Assembly (NCBI GenBank): GCA_045632345.1
Contig: JAZQWM010000018.1
Coordinates: 201,194-265,193 of the forward strand
Source: Eubacteriales bacterium
GTDB lineage: Bacteria; Bacillota; Clostridia; Oscillospirales; CAG-272
Reading direction: 5' to 3'
Length of the DNA stretch: 64,000 nucleotides
Position 1 is the stretch's first letter; the number at the start of each line of letters is the position of its first letter. The translations under genes were made by a program, and so were the position numbers. Of this stretch, positions 29,275 to 37,106 are shown one piece after another. Below the pieces are notes generated by a model. It did no database searches. It was not told the origin of the DNA and saw only the letters and a program-made list of their open reading frames with translations.

Positions 29275-30570
29275 TTATTTTATTCTTTTGTAGAAACCAC
29301 CTGGCAATTTAACAACTGCTCCAGCAATTTCAAAAATTGTTAATGAAGAAACGATTTTAGATGTATCCATTCCAAGCTCGGTTAAGCTATCTACTGAATA
29401 ATTTTTTCCAATTTCCATGCTTTCAAACAATTTTTTTGCGTCATCATCCAAAGCAAATCCAGCCTCGTCAAAATTGAAAGCTTTTTCTTTGATTTGAGAA
29501 GCGGCATTGTTTTCTTCGTTTTCATTATCAACGGTCTTTTTTGTTTTTTTATTTGAATATTGTTTTCTTTCAGCTTTTAATTTATATCCAATAGATTCAA
29601 GAAAATTCTTTATAAAACCATGCTCGTTTTCATCATACTTTTTAAGAAAAGAAATATCAGGCTTTTGTTTAGATAAAGATATATTTATTTTATCTCCATA
29701 AAGAGGTAAATATTCCTCAAGAACATCCAACGCACAAGACACCGCCTTCGCACCATTTCTTATGAGCTCATTTGTTCCAGTTGCTTGAAATACACCAGGC
29801 TGGCCGGGAACAGAAAATAACATTCTCCCCTGTTCGGTAGCTTTTTCGGCAGTAATCATAGCCCCGCTATTTCTATCGCCTTCAACCACAACCAATCCTT
29901 TCGAAATTCCACTTATTAATCTGTTTCTTACAGGAAAATTATATCCATTAGGTGGTGTATGTGGTGGATACTCAGTTATGATTGCTCCTTTTTCAAGAAT
30001 TTTAACAAAGATATCTTTGTTTTGATAGGGATACAAAACATCAATACCAGAACCTAAAATTGCAACAGTAGCACCATCAGCTAATAAAGCTCCCTTTTGT
30101 GCAGTACAATCTATGCCAAGAGCTCCGCCGCTAATTACTATTGCTCCGCCCTTTGTTAAACCATATCCTATTTCAAAAGCACTTTGTTCACCGAATGTAG
30201 TCATATCACGCGTACCAACAACACCAATACATAAGTCGTATTTAAAATCCGGCAAATTTCCCACGTAATATAAAACTCCGGGTCTGGTGTTTATATCTTT
30301 GAGTGTTTCAGGGTAATTATCATCATCAAGCGTTATGATTTTAACACCGGACTTTTCGCACCATCTAACAACCGATTTTGCTTTATCAAGTGTTTTGTCA
30401 AGAATTTTAGACTTTTGATTATCATATAGCCATGGCAAATCTTTTACGTCGTTGTCCTCACAATTATATATGGACTCAATATCTCCAAACTCTTCAAGCA
30501 AGTAGTGATATACGTGTGTTCCTTGCTTCATATGTAAAGCAAGCCACACCCATAGTAAAGTTTTATCCAT
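29275..30570 (-). CDS. dprA: DNA-processing protein DprA (Smf)
   Basis: GVVGTRDMTTFG Rossmann core and GAIVISGGALGID. Start moved to MDKTLLW (30570) because a promoter (-35 30626-30631, -10 30603-30608) occupies the track's first 14 codons. Confidence 0.88.
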   Translation of the reverse strand: MDKTLLWVWLALHMKQGTHVYHYLLEEFGDIESIYNCEDNDVKDLPWLYDNQKSKILDKTLDKAKSVVRWCEKSGVKIITLDDDNYPETLKDINTRPGVLYYVGNLPDFKYDLCIGVVGTRDMTTFGEQSAFEIGYGLTKGGAIVISGGALGIDCTAQKGALLADGATVAILGSGIDVLYPYQNKDIFVKILEKGAIITEYPPHTPPNGYNFPVRNRLISGISKGLVVVEGDRNSGAMITAEKATEQGRMLFSVPGQPGVFQATGTNELIRNGAKAVSCALDVLEEYLPLYGDKINISLSKQKPDISFLKKYDENEHGFIKNFLESIGYKLKAERKQYSNKKTKKTVDNENEENNAASQIKEKAFNFDEAGFALDDDAKKLFESMEIGKNYSVDSLTELGMDTSKIVSSLTIFEIAGAVVKLPGGFYKRIK

Positions 30571-30602
30571 AGCAACAGTCCTTTCTAAAATTCTTCTATA
30601 AT

Positions 30603-30631
30603 ATAATACCATTAAAGATAAATATTGTCAA
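30603..30631 (-). promoter_or_regulatory. sigma-A-type promoter of dprA and the downstream gene train
   Basis: Reverse strand TTGACA (30631-30626), 17 nt, TGg-TATATT (30608-30603). Confidence 0.6.
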
Positions 30632-30655
30632 TGCTATATTATAAAATATTTTATA

Positions 30656-31477
30656 TTATTTAGAAAACTCCCACATAATTATTGCAGTTGCAATTGCGGC
30701 GTTTAAAGATTCAGTATTTTCACACATCGGTATAAATAATGTATCATCACATAACGATAATATCTTTTCTGATAATCCGTGTCCTTCATTTCCTATAATA
30801 ACCGCATCATGTGTGGATAATTCATCTCTGCCAAGCACTAATGAATCATTTCTCAATGCAGCTCCAAGCACTCTTTTACCGTTGTTTTTTAAAACATTTA
30901 TAACCTCAGGTAAATCATCTACTACGTCAATTTTGACTTTAAAAACTGCCCCCATAGCCGCTCTAATGACCTTAGTTGAATAGATATCTGCACAATCAGA
31001 TGAAAAAATAAGCCTATCAATTCCAAATGCAGCAGAATTTCTAATTATTGTTCCTACGTTTCCAGGGTCACGAATTGACTCAAATAACATAATTTTATCA
31101 TCTATATACTCTTTTGCCGAATTTGAAAACGTATGCTTATCTTCAAAAAATTCACAAATAGTAATTATGCCCTGAGGCGCTTGCTCATCAGATAATTTAT
31201 CAAAAACAATGTCAGACACACACAGAATTGTAGCACCTTTATCCTGTTGCAGTTTAATTAAATTTACTATTGAATCTTCAAACTCAGTTTTATTATTAAG
31301 TACTATATATCTAATTTTTGCTTTAAAAGAGACGGCTTCTTTAAACAACTTAATACCATTACAAACAAATAATTTTTCTTCATTTCTGTATTTTTTACTG
31401 TCTAATTTTCCAATTTTGACAATTGTAGAATTTGTTTTGCTTGTTATCTCAGTAACGTTAAAAATAAGACTATTCAT
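30656..31477 (-). CDS. TrmH/SpoU-family RNA 2'-O-methyltransferase
   Basis: SpoU motifs DPGNVGTIIRNSAAFG, IIGNEGHGLS, ESLNAAIATAI. Confidence 0.8.
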   Translation of the reverse strand: MNSLIFNVTEITSKTNSTIVKIGKLDSKKYRNEEKLFVCNGIKLFKEAVSFKAKIRYIVLNNKTEFEDSIVNLIKLQQDKGATILCVSDIVFDKLSDEQAPQGIITICEFFEDKHTFSNSAKEYIDDKIMLFESIRDPGNVGTIIRNSAAFGIDRLIFSSDCADIYSTKVIRAAMGAVFKVKIDVVDDLPEVINVLKNNGKRVLGAALRNDSLVLGRDELSTHDAVIIGNEGHGLSEKILSLCDDTLFIPMCENTESLNAAIATAIIMWEFSK

Positions 31478-31501
31478 AAAAATCTCCCAATAAATTTTAA
31501 A

Positions 31502-31526
31502 AAACTCGGCAAAAAATGCCGAGTTT
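31502..31526 (-). terminator. rplT operon terminator
   Basis: Reverse strand AAACTCGGC-ATTTTTT-GCCGAGTTT, then TTTTAAAATTT. Confidence 0.7.
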
Positions 31527-31536
31527 AATAATCTAA

Positions 31537-31890
31537 TTAAAGCGCTGCTTTAGCCTTTTCTACGATTGCTGCAAAAGCTTCCTTATCAGAAACTGCGAGC
31601 TCAGCAAGCATCTTTCTGTTAAGATCAATACCAGCAAGCTTTAAGCCATGCATAAGTGTTGAGTAGTTCATGCCACAAACCTTTGCTTGTGCAGAAATTC
31701 TTGTGATCCAAAGAGAACGGAAGTCTCTCTTCTTCATTTTACGGCCAGCAAATGCATAGTTACCGCTCTTTAATACAGCTTGTTTAGCCATCTTAAAGTG
31801 CTTGCTCTTAGCACCCCAGTAGCCCTTTGCCATTTTCAAAACTTTATTTCTTCTTTTACGTGCCATCATAGCACCTTTAACTCTTGCCAT
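31537..31890 (-). CDS. rplT: 50S ribosomal protein L20
   Basis: [26 protein letters not shown] is the L20 signature. Confidence 0.95.
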   Translation of the reverse strand: MARVKGAMMARKRRNKVLKMAKGYWGAKSKHFKMAKQAVLKSGNYAFAGRKMKKRDFRSLWITRISAQAKVCGMNYSTLMHGLKLAGIDLNRKMLAELAVSDKEAFAAIVEKAKAAL

Positions 31891-31924
31891 TTTAAATAAT
31901 CCTCCTAATTAAGTCTCTTGCAAA

Positions 31925-32119
31925 TTATTTGTTGATAAGCTTCTTGATAGTTGGAGCCATGCTCGCACTTAAATAAGAAACTGAACGAAGATTTCTCTTG
32001 CGCTTTGATGTCTTAAGACCGAGGTTATGACGGTGTTGAGCGTGGAACATTTTTACCTTACCTGAACCAGTAACAGTAAATCTTTTTGCTGAAGCCTTAT
32101 GTGTTTTGATTTTTCCCAT
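31925..32119 (-). CDS. rpmI: 50S ribosomal protein L35
   Basis: MGKIKTHKASAKRF...HNL; 64 aa. Confidence 0.93.
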   Translation of the reverse strand: MGKIKTHKASAKRFTVTGSGKVKMFHAQHRHNLGLKTSKRKRNLRSVSYLSASMAPTIKKLINK

Positions 32120-32158
32120 GATATTTAATTCCTTTCTGGATTTTTTAACAAATTTTAA

Positions 32159-32677
32159 TTATTTTTTGATAGGTGAAATTACTACGGACATTCTCTTTCC
32201 CTCAAGTGAAGGAGCTTTATCAGTGCTACCATATTCAGAACAAAGATCAAGAAACTTGCCAATAACCTCAGCACCAACGTCGGTGTGAGCCATTTCTCTT
32301 CCTTTAAAAAGAAGGACAACTCTTACTTTATCTCCACCCTTTAAAAAACGAATAGCATTGTTTGCTTTTGTCTGAAAGTCGTGTGTGTCTATTCTGCAAG
32401 AAAGCTGAACCTCTTTAACCTCAACAGTTTGTTGCTTCTTCTTCGCTTCCTTTTCGCGTTTATCACGCTCATAACGAAACTTTCCATAATCCATAATGCG
32501 ACATACAGGTGGTGTTGCATTTGGAGCAATAAGTACAAGGTCGAGTCCGTCTGCATCAGCCCTATCCAATGCTGCGCTTGTGGACATTACACCAAGCTGT
32601 TCGCCATTATCAGCTACAACTCTAACCTCTTTTACCTTAATTTCTTCGTTGATAGACAATTCTTTTGCGTTGCTAAT
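32159..32677 (-). CDS. infC: translation initiation factor IF-3, probable ATT start
   Basis: INEEIKVKEVRVV...GEQLGV N-domain and C-domain. In-frame ATT at 32677-32675 sits 7 nt after GGAGGTG (32691-32685) and two codons after the upstream in-frame TAA. The track start (TTG 32659) has no RBS. Confidence 0.9.
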   Translation of the reverse strand: MSNAKELSINEEIKVKEVRVVADNGEQLGVMSTSAALDRADADGLDLVLIAPNATPPVCRIMDYGKFRYERDKREKEAKKKQQTVEVKEVQLSCRIDTHDFQTKANNAIRFLKGGDKVRVVLLFKGREMAHTDVGAEVIGKFLDLCSEYGSTDKAPSLEGKRMSVVISPIKK

Positions 32678-32683
32678 AGTTAA

Positions 32684-32843
32684 GCACCTCCATTATGGTC
32701 CAAATTAATTTACCTAAAAATAAAAATTGTGCGTAAGAAAAAATTCTCCGCACGTCAAAAATATCACTTTCGTGATAAATATTAACCCTATACACCGATG
32801 TGTTAAGGTGAGAACGGAGTGCTCTACTTTCTTTTGCTCACAT
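32684..32843 (-). promoter_or_regulatory. infC leader, probable L20-responsive leader (Rfam L20_leader type) with attenuator
   Basis: A ~160-nt 5'UTR between promoter and RBS. It contains GTGAG...CTCAC, ACAC-ATCG-GTGT and TATCAC-GAAA-GTGATA hairpins, followed by a terminator-like stem plus U-run. Same position as the Firmicute L20 leader; no covariance-model check possible. Confidence 0.55.
32713..32753 (-). terminator. intrinsic attenuator inside the infC leader
   Basis: Reverse strand GTGCGGAGAA-TTTT-TTCTTACGCAC (10 bp, one bulged A), followed by AATTTTTATTTTTAGG. Confidence 0.55.
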
Positions 32844-32872
32844 ATGATATCACATTTTTCCATATTTGTCAA
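32844..32872 (-). promoter_or_regulatory. sigma-A-type promoter of infC-rpmI-rplT
   Basis: Reverse strand TTGACA (32872-32867), 17 nt, TGa-TATCAT (32849-32844). Confidence 0.65.
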
Positions 32873-32913
32873 TAGGAAATTTTGATTTTTTAAATAATTT
32901 TTAAATCATGTTA

Positions 32914-32941
32914 ATCCCGTCGCAAAAATATGCGACGGGAT
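32914..32941 (-). terminator. hairpin after the GH3 gene (weak U-tract)
   Basis: ATCCCGTCGCA-aaaata-TGCGACGGGAT, 11-bp stem, 8 nt after the stop. The trailing sequence is only moderately T-rich. Confidence 0.5.
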
Positions 32942-32949
32942 AACGTATT

Positions 32950-35316
32950 TTAAATGTTTTGCTTGTAGTTGGTTTTTAAAATTAGTTTTAATAGACGCGT
33001 TGCGCACAATTGTGCTTCTTCTTTCTTAACATTGCCGTTTTCAAGCCCCTCAACGATTTGTTTTCTGAAGCGTCCTGGCATTATTAAGTCATTGCAAGCG
33101 TGCACGTGTTCTTGAGGATTTGCACATGGATTCCAGTCAGTCATTACAATACCCTCATAGTCCCATTCTCCTCTTAAAATGCCCATAAGCAAATCGTAGT
33201 TAGTAGAAGCAAAAATACCGTTGATTTTATTATATGCGGTCATAATTGCATGAGGTCTTCCCTCTTCGACAGCAATCTTAAAGCCTTTTAGATAAATTTC
33301 ACGTAATGCTCTCTCTGACACCTGTGAATCAGATACACCACGCTCATATTCAATGTTATTGCAAGCAAAATGCTTAACGGTTGTATATTTACCTGTTGAT
33401 TCAGCATTATCATCATATTGTACTCCAATAGTGATATATGCACCAATTTTACCAGCAATTAATGGATCTTCTGATAAATACTCAAAGTTTCTTCCGTTAA
33501 GAGGATTTCTATGAATATTGATACCAGGAGCAAGCCAGCCCTCAATATCAGAAATTTCCAAATCATTACGAACACATTCGCCAAATCTTCTTGCGCTTTC
33601 TAAATCCCAAGAATTAGCCATACACGTTCCAGAAGGATATGCAACAACCTCACGTGAAAGGTCGGTATCTGTATCAATAGGAGTTGTAAATATTGCAAGT
33701 CTTACACCAGCAGGTCCATCAGCGCATGCATTTACAGGAATAGCGTACTTTTCGCTTGACCACATTTCTCCTGCAGCTCCACGTACCTTTATAGCCATGC
33801 TACCCACGTTAGCATTAGCATTTGCGCCCTCATAAATTACACCATTTAAAATATCTGCAAGCTCTTCGTTTGAAAATTCCGCAACAACGTCTTCTACGGT
33901 AGCCTTGCCAGCTAATACGTCATTTAAGTTAACGAATTCATCGCTTTTTTTCTCAAAAAGCTTAACAGGAACGTTCTCTATTACGTTGTGTACAACAGTT
34001 TCAACGGATTTACAATCAAAATCAAATACCTTAGCATTTTCTTTTTCATTTTCTTCTCCATCATATGTATAACAAACAGCGTTTTTGTTAGATAATTCTT
34101 CAAAACCCTTCTGTTTAACACATCTATTCTTAACAACGTCGCAAACAATCTCTTTGGATAAGTTAATTGCACATGCAATCTTTGTATTTCTTGAGCAATT
34201 ACCAACTCTTACAAAATATTTTCCAGCTTCAAGAATAAAGCTTGCTCTTTCCTCATCATATGAAGCCATTTCGGTTAAATCAAAGGACATAAGAAGCTCA
34301 CAGCTTTCGTTTGGTTCTAAAACGTCTGTCTTTGCGTAAGCACAAAGCTCTTGGTACGCTTTTTCAAGCTTTACCTGTGGGCTTGAAAGATAACATTGAA
34401 TAATCTCTCTGCCACTAAATTTGCCTATATTGGTAACCTTAACAGTTAATTCTACAATTTGACCATCAAGCGCTATGTCAGTAACCTCATTTGCAAACTC
34501 AGTATATGATAAACCGTATCCAAATGGATATCTTGGAGCAACGCCAAATGTATCAAAATATCTATATCCAACGAAAATGCCTTCTTTATATGGCACTTCC
34601 ATTGTAGTTATACCATCCTTTGTTGAGTAGTCCTCATATTTGTACGCCCAAGTAGTTGTAAGCTTGCCGCTTGGTGTTACCTTTCCGGAAACAATGTCAG
34701 CCACAGCATAACCAAACATTTCTCCACCTAATGATACGTCAACAATTGCATCAATATTGCAATCATCAATTTCTCTTAAGTCAAGTGGTCCGCATGTGTT
34801 TAATAATAAAATTGTCTTTTTAAAGCTATTTGAAACAGCTTTAACGAGATTGATTTCGTCAGCATGAAGTCTAAAATAACCCTCTTCGTCCTTCAAATCA
34901 AATGCTTCTCCGCTATTTCTACCTAGCGTAATTACAGCAACGTCGGATCTTTTTGATGATGCTTCAATAAGGGAATCATCAATCTTAATTTCGTCCTGTC
35001 TCCAGGTCCAAACGTCCCAGCTTCTGTTCATTAAGCGTTGGTCAGGAAGTTCATTAACGTAATTTAAGCAAACTTCTTCAACCTCTGAATTGATTTTATA
35101 TCCTGCATCTTTCAATCCTTCATTGATTTGAGAAATGCTTTGAGCCATCATATCTCCAGAACCCCAGCCTAAACGGAAGCATCTGTATGAGCAAATACCA
35201 AAAAGAGCAATTTCTTTGTCTTTGGTAATAGGCAAAGCGCGATTATCATTTTTAAATAAAACTATACCGTCTGCAGCGGCTTGACGGGCAAAATTCATTT
35301 TTTCTTGTCTTGTCAT
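32950..35316 (-). CDS. glycoside hydrolase family 3 (beta-glucosidase-like), reversed domain order
   Basis: The N-terminal half matches the GH3 alpha/beta-sandwich and FnIII-like parts (LFKNDNRALPI, LGRNSGEAFD, YPFGYGLSYTEF). The C-terminal third matches the GH3 barrel (DGPAGVRL, NGRNFEYLSEDP, KHFACNN, nucleophile context GIVMTDW). Confidence 0.85.
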   Translation of the reverse strand: MTRQEKMNFARQAAADGIVLFKNDNRALPITKDKEIALFGICSYRCFRLGWGSGDMMAQSISQINEGLKDAGYKINSEVEEVCLNYVNELPDQRLMNRSWDVWTWRQDEIKIDDSLIEASSKRSDVAVITLGRNSGEAFDLKDEEGYFRLHADEINLVKAVSNSFKKTILLLNTCGPLDLREIDDCNIDAIVDVSLGGEMFGYAVADIVSGKVTPSGKLTTTWAYKYEDYSTKDGITTMEVPYKEGIFVGYRYFDTFGVAPRYPFGYGLSYTEFANEVTDIALDGQIVELTVKVTNIGKFSGREIIQCYLSSPQVKLEKAYQELCAYAKTDVLEPNESCELLMSFDLTEMASYDEERASFILEAGKYFVRVGNCSRNTKIACAINLSKEIVCDVVKNRCVKQKGFEELSNKNAVCYTYDGEENEKENAKVFDFDCKSVETVVHNVIENVPVKLFEKKSDEFVNLNDVLAGKATVEDVVAEFSNEELADILNGVIYEGANANANVGSMAIKVRGAAGEMWSSEKYAIPVNACADGPAGVRLAIFTTPIDTDTDLSREVVAYPSGTCMANSWDLESARRFGECVRNDLEISDIEGWLAPGINIHRNPLNGRNFEYLSEDPLIAGKIGAYITIGVQYDDNAESTGKYTTVKHFACNNIEYERGVSDSQVSERALREIYLKGFKIAVEEGRPHAIMTAYNKINGIFASTNYDLLMGILRGEWDYEGIVMTDWNPCANPQEHVHACNDLIMPGRFRKQIVEGLENGNVKKEEAQLCATRLLKLILKTNYKQNI

Positions 35317-35351
35317 AATTATTCCTTATCCTTTAAGAAAGTTTATATTTT

Positions 35352-35380
35352 CATTTTATCATAACTTTATAGAATAGTCA
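35352..35380 (-). promoter_or_regulatory. sigma-A-type promoter of the GH3 gene
   Basis: Reverse strand TTGACT (35380-35375), 17 nt, TGa-TAAAAT (35357-35352). Confidence 0.55.
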
Positions 35381-35396
35381 ATCATAAATACAATAA

Positions 35397-35433
35397 AATC
35401 AGCTCCCAATGAACAAAAATTCATGGAAGCTGA
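35397..35433 (-). terminator. glnS terminator
   Basis: Reverse strand ATCAGCTTCCATGAA-TTTTTG-TTCATTGGGAGCTGAT, then TTTTATTG. Confidence 0.7.
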
Positions 35434-35444
35434 TAAAATAAAAT

Positions 35445-37097
35445 TTACTTTTTAGGATAGCTGTCCTTTAATCCAACTATTCTATTGTAGGTATTAGGAT
35501 ACTTTGTATCTTTGCAATAGTAACCACTTCTTACAAATTGGAACTTTTCGCCCGCTTCTGCTTCGTTTAAGCATTTTTCAACAAGAGCATTTTCAACCTT
35601 CTGTAATGAGTTTGGATTTAGATAGTCATTATATGTCTTACCCTCTGGCATATCAGCAAGATTCTCAAGAGTAAATAGTTTATCGTAAAGCATAAGCGTT
35701 GCTTTTTCTGAATTTTCGCTACTTAACCAATGGATAGTACCCTTTATCTTACGTCCATCAGCAGGCATACCGTTACCTGTTTCAAGGTCAGCTGTACATC
35801 TGATTTCAACGATTTCTCCGTTTTCATCCTTAATGATTTCGTTACACTTGATAATATAAGCGCCCATTAAGCGAACCTCTCCGCCTGGCTTAAGTCTAAA
35901 GAATTTTGGTGGTGGAACTTCCTCAAAATCACTCTTGTCGATATAAACCTCTTTAGTGAAAGCAAGCATTCTTGTTCCTGAATTTTCATCATTGGGATTA
36001 TTAGAAACAGGGAAATATTCAACCTTACCATCCTCATAGTTTGTAATAACAAGCTTAATTGGATTTGCAACACAAATTCTTCTTTGAGCAGTCATATTGA
36101 GTTCTTCTCTAATACAGTGTTCAAGAAGCTCAACGTCAACGATACTATAAGCCTTTGCAACGCCTGCTCGTGATACAAAATCAAAAATAGAGTTAGCTGT
36201 GTAGCCTCTTCTGCGAAGTCCGCAAATTGTTGGCATTCTCGGGTCATCCCAACCATCAACAAGGTTGTTTTCAACAAGATATCTTAAATATCTCTTACTC
36301 ATTACAGTGTAAGTAACATTTAATCTTGCAAACTCTCTTTGCTTTGGCTTCTTTTCAAAACCAACGTTATTAACAACCCACTCATAAAGAGGGCGGTGGT
36401 TTTCGAACTCAAGTGAGCAAAGTGAGTGAGTTATACCCTCAATAGCGTCTTGAATTGGATGAGCATAGTCATAAAGCGGATAAATGCACCATTTATCGCC
36501 TTGACGATGATGATGAGCTCTTAAAATTCTATAAATTGCTGGGTCTCTCATGTTGATATTTGGAGACGCCATATCAATTTTAGCTCTTAAAGTTTTAGAA
36601 CCATCAGGAAATTCTCCATTCTTCATTCTTTCAAACAAATCAAGGTTTTCTTCAACGGTTCTGTCTCTGTAAGGGCTGTTTTTGCCTGGTTCAGTGAGCG
36701 TTCCTCTGTACTCTTTCATTTCTTCCGCTGAAAGATCACAAACATACGCCTTTCCATCTTTAATAAGCTTAATTGCAAGCTCATAGCACTTGTCAAAATA
36801 ATCAGATCCGTAGTAAATTCCACCGGTTGGCTCAGCGCCTAGCCATTTTAAATCCTCATAAATACTATCAACGTACTCTGTATCTTCCTTAGATGGGTTT
36901 GTATCATCATAACGAAGATTGAAAAGACCACCGTATTTTTTAGCAGTTTGAACGTTTATCCAAATAGCCTTTGCACTACCAATATGAAGGTATCCGTTTG
37001 GCTCAGGTGGGAAACGAGTGTGAATTCTTTCAGCAAAACCATTTGCGATATCTTCATCAATGATATCGTGTATAAAATTTGAACTAATTTCTTCCAT
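35445..37097 (-). CDS. glnS: glutamine--tRNA ligase
   Basis: RFPPEPNGYLHIGS (HIGH), VMSKR (KMSKS), and C-terminal beta-barrel anticodon-binding region typical of GlnRS. Confidence 0.93.
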   Translation of the reverse strand: MEEISSNFIHDIIDEDIANGFAERIHTRFPPEPNGYLHIGSAKAIWINVQTAKKYGGLFNLRYDDTNPSKEDTEYVDSIYEDLKWLGAEPTGGIYYGSDYFDKCYELAIKLIKDGKAYVCDLSAEEMKEYRGTLTEPGKNSPYRDRTVEENLDLFERMKNGEFPDGSKTLRAKIDMASPNINMRDPAIYRILRAHHHRQGDKWCIYPLYDYAHPIQDAIEGITHSLCSLEFENHRPLYEWVVNNVGFEKKPKQREFARLNVTYTVMSKRYLRYLVENNLVDGWDDPRMPTICGLRRRGYTANSIFDFVSRAGVAKAYSIVDVELLEHCIREELNMTAQRRICVANPIKLVITNYEDGKVEYFPVSNNPNDENSGTRMLAFTKEVYIDKSDFEEVPPPKFFRLKPGGEVRLMGAYIIKCNEIIKDENGEIVEIRCTADLETGNGMPADGRKIKGTIHWLSSENSEKATLMLYDKLFTLENLADMPEGKTYNDYLNPNSLQKVENALVEKCLNEAEAGEKFQFVRSGYYCKDTKYPNTYNRIVGLKDSYPKK

Positions 37098-37106
37098 AAT
37101 TACCTC

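Noticed and set aside
30571-30612. 14-codon N-terminal extension of dprA
   Set aside because: The -10 element and part of the spacer of a well-formed promoter (-10 at 30603-30608) fall within these codons. MDKTLLW is the first start downstream of the predicted transcription start.
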